Of a DNA stretch of 64,000 nt, positions 43,023 through 53,437 are shown piece after piece. Numbering within the stretch: the first letter of the stretch is position 1; every line of letters starts with the position of its first letter. The DNA is from Nitrososphaeraceae archaeon. Lineage in GTDB: Archaea; Thermoproteota; Nitrososphaeria; Nitrososphaerales; Nitrososphaeraceae. The translations under genes were made by a program, and so were the position numbers. The stretch is taken from contig DATFEP010000058.1 of the NCBI GenBank assembly GCA_035250975.1, positions 13,723-77,722 on the forward strand. Direction: 5' to 3'. The notes under the pieces are model-generated. The model did not search any database. It was not told the origin of the DNA and saw only the letters and a program-made list of their open reading frames with translations.

Positions 43023-45839
43023 TTATAGAACATGCGAGGCTTTTTCTAAAATTTCATTCAAATTTTGTTTATTTTCCATCAAGTTGCTCCATGGGTTATG
43101 TGTATTACTTTCTAATATATCAGGAACATTGAGAAGCATAAAATCTGTTGGATCCACATCTAATAGATCCACCCAATTAACAGGAAAAGACACTGCAGCA
43201 GATTCTACAGGACGTGCGGAAAAAATTGATGCTATGGTTTTTCCTTTACTATTTTGATTATAATCAAAGAATACCTTGCCATTCCTTTTTGATGTGTCCC
43301 ATTCCATAGTAATTTTGTTGGGGTAGCGTCTGGACATACTGCTGCCTATTACTCGTGCAAATGATCGCGTCTGATCATAAGTATACAAATTATCTATAGG
43401 AACCAAAATGTGTAATCCTGTTTTGCCCGAAGTTTTCACATAGGATTGTATTTTCAGCTCATCAAATAATTCTTTTAGACCTAATGCCACCTCAGCTGTT
43501 GCTTTAAACCCTTTAAGACTATATTCTGGTTCTTTCTGATTTGTTACATTATCTTGCACGTTTAAAAATATATAAGGATCTAAATCAAAAATAATAAAAT
43601 CAGGGAAATTTAAACTACATTTTTCGGGGTATAATAATGCATTATCTTCCTCTACACCTTCATCAAAGTCGGTAATTCTACTATACCATGGGTGAATCTC
43701 TATACAGCCTAAATTAGCTAACCAAAGGAGTGTTTCTTTGTTATTACATAAAACATAGTTAATAACACCTTCATCTTCGGATTTAGAATAAATTTTCACT
43801 GTCTGTACAAAGGAGGGTTTATTTTGATCCCAATTTTTCTGATAAAATGATTTTCCTTTGATTCCATCTGGATATCTACTTAGGCTTAGGGGTCTATCTT
43901 TAAGATAAGGTAAAATATATTTACTGATTTTATCATAGTATTCAATCAAATCTTTTTTTGTAAATTGTCGATGGGTTGATGTTTTATTCCAATAAACCTT
44001 ATCAAGATTTGAGAAATAAGAATAAGCATGATTATTAAAGTCATTATGACTGTTATTCGCCGTATTCATAATGTTAACCTTCGCATTCTGATTGGATCTT
44101 TCTTTTATCCTTGTGTCGATTACTTTTTTCGTATATCTTTCTTTTTCTATAAAACATTCTTCAGGTTTTTTATCTTCTCTGAGTCTCAAAAAGATAGGAG
44201 ACTTCATTATATTATCTCTTGTCCAATCACTAAATTTTATTTCTGCAACAATTTCTGGTTTTACCCAGATAGGTTCTCGGTTAGTATACGGAACATAATC
44301 AATGGCACATTTTTCTGTTCGTAGATTTTGAACTTTTTCATATATTTGTGCTAAACTTATAGAATCAAATCCACTTCCTGTATGTCCAACAAACTGAAAT
44401 TGACCTTCAATATCTCTAACTGCGAGTAAAAGTGATCCAAAGTATTTTTCTCGTGTTCCTTCACCTTTATTATAACCTATAATTACGCAATCTTGAGTTC
44501 TAATATGTTTTATTTTTAACCAATCGCTAGATCGTTTACCTTGTACGTATTTACTTGATTTATTTTTTGCTACCAGTCCTTCTAATCCCATACTTTTCGT
44601 AGTTTTATAAACTTCCTCGCCAATTTCTTCAATGAAATCCGAAATTTTGATCCTGGTGTTTTCGTTGACGATCTGAGACAAAATTTTTCGTCTTTGCAAA
44701 AAAGACAGATTCTGGACGTTTGTTCCATCAAGATAAAGAATATCAAAGAGATAATAAGTTCCCGGGATCTGTCTAGATAGGTTTTCAATATCCTTTTCAT
44801 GGTCAAGATTCATTCTTCTTTGATGGTTCTGAAAACTGGGTAGTCCCGTTTTGTTATCCAGTACGACAATTTCACCATCCAAAACTGCTGATTTACATCT
44901 TACAACCGACTGTGTCAAAGATTTTATGGAAACAGGCGATTTTAATGCTCTTACTATTTCTGGATATCTATGAGTAATTATATTACCACTTCGTGATTGT
45001 AATTGAACTATTTCTTTTGTATTGTCAATAAACATGATAGAACGGACCCCATCCCATTTGATTTCAAAGACCCATTCTTTATTGTTAAAAGGACGGTTTA
45101 CTAATGTAGATAACATTGGTTTAATCGTTGAAAAGTTATGTAACTGATTGTTACGATTAGCTAACATTTTTTGATAGGGTCCCCCTGATTTTACCCTTAT
45201 TTTAAAAGGTAATTTTTTACTCTGAAATGTCTCTTTTTGTTGTTGTACATCTTTCTGTTTCCGTTTATCTTGCTTCTTTTTCTTTGTTTTTAATATTCCG
45301 GACAAAACAGATCCTGATTTAGTCATAGTTAAATCTTCATTAGGTTCGAACACATCTGGGGCTTTCATTAGAAGCCAGTGCCTTCCTTCCTTTTCATTCT
45401 GTAGATTCATTCTTACTAGATAAAATTTTCCCTTTAATTTCTGACCTGATAGAACAAAAGTAATTTTCCCTTTTTTGAATTGTTCCGATATATCCGATTC
45501 TGATATGAAGGTTCCCCTATCCCAAACAGTTACAGATCCGCCTCCATATTCTCCTTCGGGGATCAAGCCTTCAAAGTGCAAATAATCCAGTGGATGGTCT
45601 TCTGTTAGAACTGCCAGTCTTTTTATTTTTGGGTCGACTGAAATCTCTTTTGGTACTGCCCAAGATTTTAATACACCTTCTAATTTATCTTCAAGTCTAA
45701 AATCATAATGTAATCTACTAGCGTTGTGTTTTTGTACCACAAATCTAGAAGCTTTATTGTATTCATATTTTTTTTGATATCCCTTCGGTTCAGATGTTCT
45801 ATGAAAATTTCTTTTTTCATTATATTTTTCTAATATTAT
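43023..45839 (-). CDS. ligD: NHEJ DNA ligase D, fused phosphoesterase-ligase-primase/polymerase
   Basis: PE: HYDFRLE, SWAVPK, HPLDY. LIG: EIKWDGVR, DGEI, EGLVAK, WLKIK. POL: FDLDP, KTSGKTGLH, FDYNQN. The frame extends upstream of the track start through LEKYNEKRNFHRTSEP. Confidence 0.96.
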   Translation of the reverse strand: MILEKYNEKRNFHRTSEPKGYQKKYEYNKASRFVVQKHNASRLHYDFRLEDKLEGVLKSWAVPKEISVDPKIKRLAVLTEDHPLDYLHFEGLIPEGEYGGGSVTVWDRGTFISESDISEQFKKGKITFVLSGQKLKGKFYLVRMNLQNEKEGRHWLLMKAPDVFEPNEDLTMTKSGSVLSGILKTKKKKQDKRKQKDVQQQKETFQSKKLPFKIRVKSGGPYQKMLANRNNQLHNFSTIKPMLSTLVNRPFNNKEWVFEIKWDGVRSIMFIDNTKEIVQLQSRSGNIITHRYPEIVRALKSPVSIKSLTQSVVRCKSAVLDGEIVVLDNKTGLPSFQNHQRRMNLDHEKDIENLSRQIPGTYYLFDILYLDGTNVQNLSFLQRRKILSQIVNENTRIKISDFIEEIGEEVYKTTKSMGLEGLVAKNKSSKYVQGKRSSDWLKIKHIRTQDCVIIGYNKGEGTREKYFGSLLLAVRDIEGQFQFVGHTGSGFDSISLAQIYEKVQNLRTEKCAIDYVPYTNREPIWVKPEIVAEIKFSDWTRDNIMKSPIFLRLREDKKPEECFIEKERYTKKVIDTRIKERSNQNAKVNIMNTANNSHNDFNNHAYSYFSNLDKVYWNKTSTHRQFTKKDLIEYYDKISKYILPYLKDRPLSLSRYPDGIKGKSFYQKNWDQNKPSFVQTVKIYSKSEDEGVINYVLCNNKETLLWLANLGCIEIHPWYSRITDFDEGVEEDNALLYPEKCSLNFPDFIIFDLDPYIFLNVQDNVTNQKEPEYSLKGFKATAEVALGLKELFDELKIQSYVKTSGKTGLHILVPIDNLYTYDQTRSFARVIGSSMSRRYPNKITMEWDTSKRNGKVFFDYNQNSKGKTIASIFSARPVESAAVSFPVNWVDLLDVDPTDFMLLNVPDILESNTHNPWSNLMENKQNLNEILEKASHVL

Positions 45840-46270
45840 TTTACATCACCAGTAAAACCATAGAAAAACGAACATTGCAATCAAATTACAACAACTAACA
45901 ACAATAAGGAAGGAATAGAATAAATAATAAAATTTATTATAATCGGAATTGCGAGCTGTCGTCGTATGGTGAATTCGTTGACTAATGTTTTAAAGTTCGA
46001 GATGATCATAACTGTTAATTGATTTCTCTTGTATTTCCTCATTATATCTTGGATCTCGCAATACGATTCGTTGGTTATTTCCTTTATATTATCTCTCTTA
46101 TCAAAATACAATTTTGAACAATATGTCATGGATATTGGTGACATCTTTCGGTAACATTATTGGAAGTGTTACAATTCGATTTCATTATGCTCACATATAT
46201 TATTTTTTGCAAACGATTAATTGTATTAATATTTTACCATATGCCTATTCTTTTCATTCACTTGTTTAAT

Positions 46271-47101
46271 TTAATTTGCTTTTGACTTCTGTTTTACATT
46301 GATACTAGCTTTAAGAGCCTCAACTAGATCGGTAGTTTCTTGTATTTTTTCTTCTCTCGTAGCCTTAAATTTCTGTCCCTTTGATTTTGTTGCTATTAAT
46401 TTTTCTAATTCTCTGATATAGACATCCGAATATTTACCTATATCAAATTGGTCATTTGTCAGGTTTTCGACCAGAGTCTTTCCTAAACTTAATTCTCTTT
46501 CCTCAACTTTAGGTTGTTTATCAGTAGAAATGCCCTGGATTTCATCCATTGGCCTTATTTCATCAAGATACTTTAGCTGATGCATCACAAGACCTCTCTG
46601 ATATGGTCTTAAAGCAACAAGGTGTTCCTTATCTTTTAAGACAACCTTGCCTATCGCAATTTTATTGGTTTCATTTAGTATTTTAACAAATAAAGAATAT
46701 GCTTTATTGGTCATTTGTGACGAATTTGCCTTGTTCTTCTTATTCCTTCCATCGTCAGGACCGATGTAATAATTTTTTTCTATATACAGTGGATCCAAAT
46801 CGTCAGAGTTTATAAATTCATTGATATCTATAGTATGAGTTGTTTTTAACTTAATTTTTTCTAAATCTTCCTTTTCCAAAATTACATAATTATCTTTTGA
46901 AATTTCATATCCTTTTTTTATTTCGCTCCATGGAACTTCTCGTTCCTCCACAGGACACCATTTCTTGTACCTAATTCTGTGTCCCTTGTCATCTAGTTGG
47001 TTAAAAGAGGAGTATTCGTTTTGTGTAGCTACAAAAACCTGAACAGGTATATTTACTAGCCCAAAAGATATACTTCCTCTCCATAGATTTCTGCTAGCCA
47101 T
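46271..47101 (-). CDS. ku: Prokaryotic Ku protein
   Basis: WRGSISFGLVNIPV, IKKGYE, DPLYIEKNYY, DLVEALKAS. Confidence 0.97.
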   Translation of the reverse strand: MASRNLWRGSISFGLVNIPVQVFVATQNEYSSFNQLDDKGHRIRYKKWCPVEEREVPWSEIKKGYEISKDNYVILEKEDLEKIKLKTTHTIDINEFINSDDLDPLYIEKNYYIGPDDGRNKKNKANSSQMTNKAYSLFVKILNETNKIAIGKVVLKDKEHLVALRPYQRGLVMHQLKYLDEIRPMDEIQGISTDKQPKVEERELSLGKTLVENLTNDQFDIGKYSDVYIRELEKLIATKSKGQKFKATREEKIQETTDLVEALKASINVKQKSKAN

Positions 47102-47381
47102 TATAATTATATATAAGCTACAAACTTTAAAAGGCTATTAAAGAGGTTCCTGTGAAGACCTGTTCATTTGTTAATCTTGATTTAATGAAAGGGTAGAATA
47201 TATCAGAAATTGCTAAAAAATATTTCTATAGTTATACTTTGGTTTATATATCTCATAGACTTTTTTGCATAAAATAATCTAATTTGAATAACTATTAAAC
47301 AGCTAGCTAGAAATCTTGTTCACGAATTTATTATTTATCAGTTGTAACGGTTATCTAAATTGATGATTAAATTACATTAGA

Positions 47382-49139
47382 ATGCAAAAAATTACTAGCA
47401 GAAATAGATCTCCTTCCTCCGTTGACAAATCAGGTAAATTCGATAGCCATCTCTCGAATAGAGAGATAGGAAAAACAATTGCCTCGGATAAATTTCCGAA
47501 TACAATAGATGATTTTTGGTTCGTGATTAACCCTAATGTAATTATCAATCCTTTTGATTTTGTTTCTGTAGAAAATACATATAAAACCAAGACTATAGGA
47601 ATTGTAAAGCACTTACAATCATCGTTTATAAGGAGTAATTATAATGATTTCGAGAAAGTACAGAATCATAAGAAGGAACAAAATAGATATCCTTTTGTTA
47701 TTGATTCAGGCTTTGAATCAAAAGCAGCAGTACTTGCAAGCGTTTCAATAATGGCAAATACAATAGCTGAATTGGAAAATAGAAAAATTGCCATCAATTT
47801 TCCAGTGGAAGCAGGTAAACCTGTAAAATATGCTAAAAAAGATGAAATAATATTTGCCTTAGGAACCCCTAAAATGAATAATCCGATACCGGTAGGGATA
47901 ATAAACAGTACAGATGGATTACAAGTTCCTATCTCATTGGATATATCATATGTTGCAGGTCCTGATACTGCACATGTAAATGCCTCAGGAATATCTGGAA
48001 ATAGAAAGACAAGTTACCTGCTTTTTCTTCTATTTTCGACATATCAAACGTTAAAAAAACATGGTAATGTTTCGGTAATTATTTTTAACACAAAGGAGGA
48101 TGACCTGCTACATATACATGAAAACAATCGAAAAATTAAGAATTCAACAAAATTGTTGTTTGATCTCCTTGGTTTAAAGACAGAGCCATTTAAAAACGTC
48201 ACTTATTTTCTTCCCAGAGGACGAGACGGAAAACCTAATTCTAACCATATACCCAAGAACCATAAAACATTTTCATACGAATTGAAGGATATTTATGACA
48301 GATTAGATTTGTTGTTTCCTGAAATTTTTGATCCAAAATATAACTTGACCTCAATTACAGATTACATTTCAGAGTCATGGCCGATTCAAATAAGCTCTAA
48401 AGAAAACATCAAGAATTGGACAGATTTAAGTGAATTTATAGGATATCCAGAATACATTGTCAGTCACAAATCCTCACTTCTGAGATTTTTGGGACATTTA
48501 CAAAGATTTAGAAAATCTTCTTTATTTATAGATAAAAAAGTAACGAGTACTTACCTAGGAAAAGAAATACGAAACATTAGTACCAGTCAAGTATTTGTTG
48601 TGGATATCGCAAAAATTTCTTCGTTATGTGAACAAGAATTTGTAGTAGGAGATGTCATGAAAGCTATAGACGAAATATATTCATCAGGATCTACTGAGTT
48701 TTATGACCAATACCCAGATGAGCATATTAAAAGCAATCAAAGGAAAAAAAAGAAAAAACAAATTAACGAGAAACCAAAATATGTGCTTATTTTTATAGAT
48801 GAAATTAATAGATTTATGCCGAAATCCTTCAATGATAGAATTAATGCAGTCCAAGATCAGGTTATGAAAACTCTCATTGCAGGAAAATCACGAGGTACGA
48901 TATTATTTTCAGCTCAGCAATTTAAGAGCCAAACAGATTACCGACTCCATGAAAATATTGGATTACACGTAGTAGCAAAACTTGGCGATCCGGAATTATC
49001 CAAAGATCCTTATTCAATGATTGATAAAAGGACCAAGAAAAATATCAGTAGACTAAATAAAGGAGAATTAGTTATGATCCATCCATCCTTTAGACATCCA
49101 ATAAAAATTTCATTTCCTCCACAAATTCTCAAGAAATGA
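47382..49139 (+). CDS. HerA/FtsK-superfamily ATPase with an N-terminal HAS-barrel-like region
   Basis: AHVNASGISGNRKTSY (variant Walker A), IIFNTK, LIFIDEINRF (Walker B), GKSRGTILFSAQQF, HPSFRHPIKISFP. Confidence 0.85.
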   Translation: MQKITSRNRSPSSVDKSGKFDSHLSNREIGKTIASDKFPNTIDDFWFVINPNVIINPFDFVSVENTYKTKTIGIVKHLQSSFIRSNYNDFEKVQNHKKEQNRYPFVIDSGFESKAAVLASVSIMANTIAELENRKIAINFPVEAGKPVKYAKKDEIIFALGTPKMNNPIPVGIINSTDGLQVPISLDISYVAGPDTAHVNASGISGNRKTSYLLFLLFSTYQTLKKHGNVSVIIFNTKEDDLLHIHENNRKIKNSTKLLFDLLGLKTEPFKNVTYFLPRGRDGKPNSNHIPKNHKTFSYELKDIYDRLDLLFPEIFDPKYNLTSITDYISESWPIQISSKENIKNWTDLSEFIGYPEYIVSHKSSLLRFLGHLQRFRKSSLFIDKKVTSTYLGKEIRNISTSQVFVVDIAKISSLCEQEFVVGDVMKAIDEIYSSGSTEFYDQYPDEHIKSNQRKKKKKQINEKPKYVLIFIDEINRFMPKSFNDRINAVQDQVMKTLIAGKSRGTILFSAQQFKSQTDYRLHENIGLHVVAKLGDPELSKDPYSMIDKRTKKNISRLNKGELVMIHPSFRHPIKISFPPQILKK

Positions 49140-49536
49140 TTTTATTTTTGAATTATGATTTCCAATATACATCATTATTTCTATTAATAAAATAATTTAT
49201 TTATTAAAAATTAATATTCAGTACAGATATAAAAAAAAATATTATGATGGCTATAAAGAAATAATATCAGTGAATTCAACTAACAGATTAGATCTTTAAG
49301 TTATTTATTTGCCTATATTAGTATTCATATTAATATTAGCTATGAGTATTTTTATATTAGATTTCATTCATCAGAATATAAAATTGGATAAAATATTTTA
49401 CTTACTAATTATTTACTCTTAAAAAAGATGGGTTTTTGTAATTTGAACTTAAATATTACTTTGTACTAAAGTTACACCAAAAAAGTTTTAAAAGTCTATC
49501 TCTATATCATTCAATTTGTTAATAATTGTTTTCAAA

Positions 49537-49752
49537 TTATTTGAATTCACTTGATAGATTACGCAATTTAAAATTTTTAATTCGATTTATCTCGTTATCG
49601 AACCATTCTTCCACCTCTGAAGGATTCTCCCTAATTCTGGATTTTATATATTGTAATTGATCAATTCTATTGCTTTTTAATCCTTCTGCAAGAGGAGTAT
49701 AAAATGAAATAACAGATTCTACTATTTTTTGGGTAAATATGTTATTGAACAT
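49537..49752 (-). CDS. Hypothetical protein
   Basis: Clean 71-aa ATG ORF. Confidence 0.55.
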   Translation of the reverse strand: MFNNIFTQKIVESVISFYTPLAEGLKSNRIDQLQYIKSRIRENPSEVEEWFDNEINRIKNFKLRNLSSEFK

Positions 49753-49901
49753 TTATTGTCCTTCCTTGCTGTCATTTGAACTATCTTTTTTATAAACGGG
49801 ATAATTAGTCATAATATTATCTGTACAACATCCTTTAATAACCTCACATAAAATTAGCTGTAATTTCAAAAAAAAGTGTCTAAAATAAAACGTAGGTTTA
49901 C

Positions 49902-49982
49902 TTATATTATTCCGAACAAAAATCTTAGAAGTAAAACTAGAACGATTATTCCGACAACAATTGATATTATGGTCCAAATCAT
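49902..49982 (-). CDS. 26-aa single-TM peptide, possibly a truncated gene
   Basis: MIWTIISIVVGIIVLVLLLRFLFGII*; TTATAT box about 22-27 nt upstream. Confidence 0.45.
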   Translation of the reverse strand: MIWTIISIVVGIIVLVLLLRFLFGII

Positions 49983-50526
49983 AACTATATTAACACATCA
50001 TAGAATATAATGATTCATACCTATTTCTCGGAAAATAATTAGTTGACTACTGCCTCTTTTTGTATTCCACTTGAATTAAAAGCAAATGCAAAACAACCAG
50101 GTTGTATTTATCAAACTAAAATATTCATACAGCTAATTCAATATTTATATGAAAGAATACCCATAACTTAGCCATAAGTTTTAAACCCTATTAAAATATA
50201 ATTTCTATGACATTACCATCGTACAGAATGTCGGAAGGATCCTTCAAATGGTTTCCGGAATGTGCCAATTGAAGGATTTGGTAAACGTAATATCTTGGCG
50301 AAAGCCATGAAGATAATAGATTCCATTTGTAACTGTTCTTCACAATCATATAAGGTATTATTTGTATTCCTGAATTCGAATATAGCATATCATTCAGCTG
50401 GCTAATCTACAGCTAACAATTTTTTTATTTTTATATCATTGAGTAAAAGGGAACCAAATATCGAAGCGCTTTTTTAAAAATCATTACTGATAAAGTATAA
50501 AAAGTATAACGTACATATATAGTTGT

Positions 50527-50817
50527 ATGATTACATCAAGGATTTTTATTATTTTTTTAGTTGTTATTACTTGTATGTCAAGTCCAATTACGATTTATTC
50601 ACAATCAGATAATAGTACTACGGAACAAATCAAAAGTACTGCACAACAGATAAAGGATCTGGCTTCGAAGGTAGCTAGCAATACTAGTGATGATATTGAT
50701 ACAGAAGAAGCAAAAAAAATTCTAATTCAGTTGGGTGACGCAGCTAGAAGTATAGCCTTAGGTGGAGCGGATGTGTTGTCTAATATAAGTGGCGAAATTA
50801 GGTCTGGGTTAGAGTAA
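50527..50817 (+). CDS. Secreted amphipathic helical protein, related to 24331..24618
   Basis: Signal peptide; ARSIALGGADVLSNISGEIRSG resembles AKGLAKGTGEVLSDIGEGMKD. Confidence 0.75.
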   Translation: MITSRIFIIFLVVITCMSSPITIYSQSDNSTTEQIKSTAQQIKDLASKVASNTSDDIDTEEAKKILIQLGDAARSIALGGADVLSNISGEIRSGLE

Positions 50818-51658
50818 ATGATTAAGTTCTAAGAAAAGAAATAAAAAATTTATTTTGTACTTAATAAAATGATTATATAGGAATAAGATTAGACTATATG
50901 TGAACATTACTAAAAATAAATTATAATCCATTTTATGTAATCAAAGATTTATAAACACTATTCATAACCTGAAAATGAAAACAAATTGTCCAATTTGTAT
51001 TTTATTGCATTTACAATAAAAATATTTTTTCAGCATATTTAACCCAAGTCCTGAAGTCCTGAAAGATACTAATTTTATTTAAAGGCTTAATATGATGGTA
51101 TTAAATGATATAATCTTATATTTTTTATCAGAAACCTATCCATGAGTATAATAAATTCGCATGCTCCTGATCTTTATTATTGAAAGCAAAAAGTAAGCAA
51201 TTTTAAGATGGAGAATAAAAATTATGTTGAAATAAAGATAATCAAAGCAGATTTTAAATTTAAATGACTAGCAATATAAAATATAAATAGAAAGGATACT
51301 TGGATAAGCAAACATCTATTATACAGACAAATTGAATTTCAATTAATCAGATACTGAAAAAATAATACAGAACAATCAAACACCATTCTTGAATATACTA
51401 CGGACATTCTGGAGTGAATGAAATATCAAAAGATGTTTATTTTTACTAAAAGCAACAAATTATTAAATCAACTAAATAAATTCTTATAATAATTTTTTTA
51501 CTTTATAGTAAAAAACGCCATCTCTCAGGATGGATTTAGAATTCTACTTTTTGGATCTTATTTGTATTTGCTACAATCATGTATCCTGCAAGCTGTAGAA
51601 TTGTATTAATATAAATCGATTATAAAATCTTGGAGGGCAGACAAGTATGGCGTTAAAT

Positions 51659-52222
51659 TTATTTCTCCACAAGAGATGACGTGAATTTTACGGGGACGAT
51701 TGCATCATTTATCGTATTATTCTCAAGAACAATATTGTCTACTAGGATAGTAAGATTTCCTCTATATTCATTAAAGTTGACATCATAAAATCCTCTGCCA
51801 TTTAATGCAGTTTGATTGATTTTCTTCCACAACTCATCACCTTGAGAATCATAAATAATTAGGTCAAAATTTTTAATCGGAACTACTCTCTCCAATGTTG
51901 AGGGAACAGACAATCCCCAACTTCCTAACGTATCTCCTGTATTATTTGACTCCATTGGAGATATAGTTTCCGTAGTATGTTCTGGCAGTGTTCCATTCAA
52001 AAAAGCGATTTCTATTGGAAAATTATTTACATCATGAGATGGAGACGATTTCAATTGAATATTAAGAATGTCATCTGTTGAATTCTTTTGTAAAACTGGT
52101 GACTTCAGCTCCCACATTTCTACCTCTTCCGATCCAGCAAACGCAGAATGGAACGCAAAGGTTGACCACACGGCAAAAATACTCAAAACTAGACATAAAA
52201 ATATCGATTGCATATAAATCAA
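51659..52222 (-). CDS. Secreted protein of unknown function
   Basis: Signal peptide ends AFA; beta-rich. Confidence 0.75.
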   Translation of the reverse strand: MIYMQSIFLCLVLSIFAVWSTFAFHSAFAGSEEVEMWELKSPVLQKNSTDDILNIQLKSSPSHDVNNFPIEIAFLNGTLPEHTTETISPMESNNTGDTLGSWGLSVPSTLERVVPIKNFDLIIYDSQGDELWKKINQTALNGRGFYDVNFNEYRGNLTILVDNIVLENNTINDAIVPVKFTSSLVEK

Positions 52223-52587
52223 TATTCAACATTCAATATAACCATTATATTTGTTAAATAATCTTGCTAGATTTTATTACGTATATAAATTATCAGATAG
52301 CTACAAGATTACATTTTTTATTATGAATACTTTACATTTAGGACTAAAGACTGTCAATCGATAAAGATCAAATGAATTATTATGATTAGCTTTTGGCGTT
52401 GATTTCTTGATAATATCACATTGAAATGTAAAGAATTAGTAATCCATAATATATAAATTTTAGATCTTTTTTCCATTATTTTTAAGAAAAATTGCACATT
52501 GTAATTAATGTAATTTTTAGAACAACCTGTTTTCCTAAAAAATACATATATTTTTATTCATTTAAGTTCTTATTCTCTGAATTTTTC

Positions 52588-52840
52588 ATGTAGTTATAAC
52601 AACGACTTTCCAGGAATCTTCTATTGTTGCCTTCGCTATTAGGAAAAATCCGGAACAGTTGTTTAAACAGATGACCTTATCCGTATTTGTTATAACTTAT
52701 TTAAACGATAAGGCCTACTTTCGTTTACCCAAACAAATAGTCCAAGTTTTGACTCCGTTCCTTGTGACTAGGGGAGAAGGCAAGCCAAACACGGAGTTGG
52801 CTAACGCCTTCTGTTAAAATCAGATATCTGTGCGTGTACA
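52588..52840 (-). ncRNA. Candidate large structured ncRNA with kissing loop/pseudoknots (family not recognised)
   Basis: Several stems plus loop-loop complementarity; G.U pairs favour the minus strand; GC-richer than its flanks; no ORF. Confidence 0.55.
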
Positions 52841-53050
52841 TTTTCAAGGCATAAAAAAGAATTGAAAAATATACCTATTTAGTTTTTATCACATTACTCT
52901 TTAATACAGGTTGGTAAATTCATTTTACTTCAAATTAGATCAAACTATAATTCGAGAAGATTAGAATTAATTGAGTCATTTTAAATCGTTCAAACAATGG
53001 CAAATTAAAAATAATATATCTTAAAATAAAATATTAATAAAAAAAATTGT

Positions 53051-53248
53051 TTAAACAGAATCTCTATCGGATTCTGTTTCATCTACTGTTTCAGCAGCTT
53101 CTGCTCTCAAATTCTCTGCCGGTCCAGTTGTCGAAGGATCAGACTCTGCTGCTCCTACTTCGTTTTGATCATTTTGAATAGAATCTAAATCTTCGTCTTT
53201 TTTAAATCTTTTATCTTGGTTGTTCTTTTCAGAATATATATCACTCAT
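53051..53248 (-). CDS. Small acidic hydrophilic protein
   Basis: EVGAAESDPSTTGPAENLRAEAAE; TTTATAA box upstream. Confidence 0.75.
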   Translation of the reverse strand: MSDIYSEKNNQDKRFKKDEDLDSIQNDQNEVGAAESDPSTTGPAENLRAEAAETVDETESDRDSV

Positions 53249-53437
53249 TGATATTATATATGCAACAAAGGTTATAAAGCTGTGACAAAAATATTTGACT
53301 AAATAACCTACTAATTAATAATAGGTGAAACAAAATGATGATTAAATAATTCAATCATCCATTTTTAAATTGTAAATAATATGTTCTAAAAACAATATTG
53401 CCTTTCAATGAAGAAGGAACTGATTTAATTATATAGA

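Noticed and set aside
45881-46144. 87-aa ORF between ku and ligD as a third NHEJ gene
   Set aside because: No motif is recognisable and start signals are weak; it may be a decayed gene but cannot be supported.
52597-52745. Group I intron-like R/S words (caacgact ... atagtcc) on the + strand
   Set aside because: The P7 pairing is imperfect, no P/Q elements or host gene are seen, and tagtc is already explained by a local hairpin.
52825-52840. GTGCG as a group II intron 5' end (also on the minus strand near 57655)
   Set aside because: There is no domain V, no RT ORF and no downstream intron-like structure.
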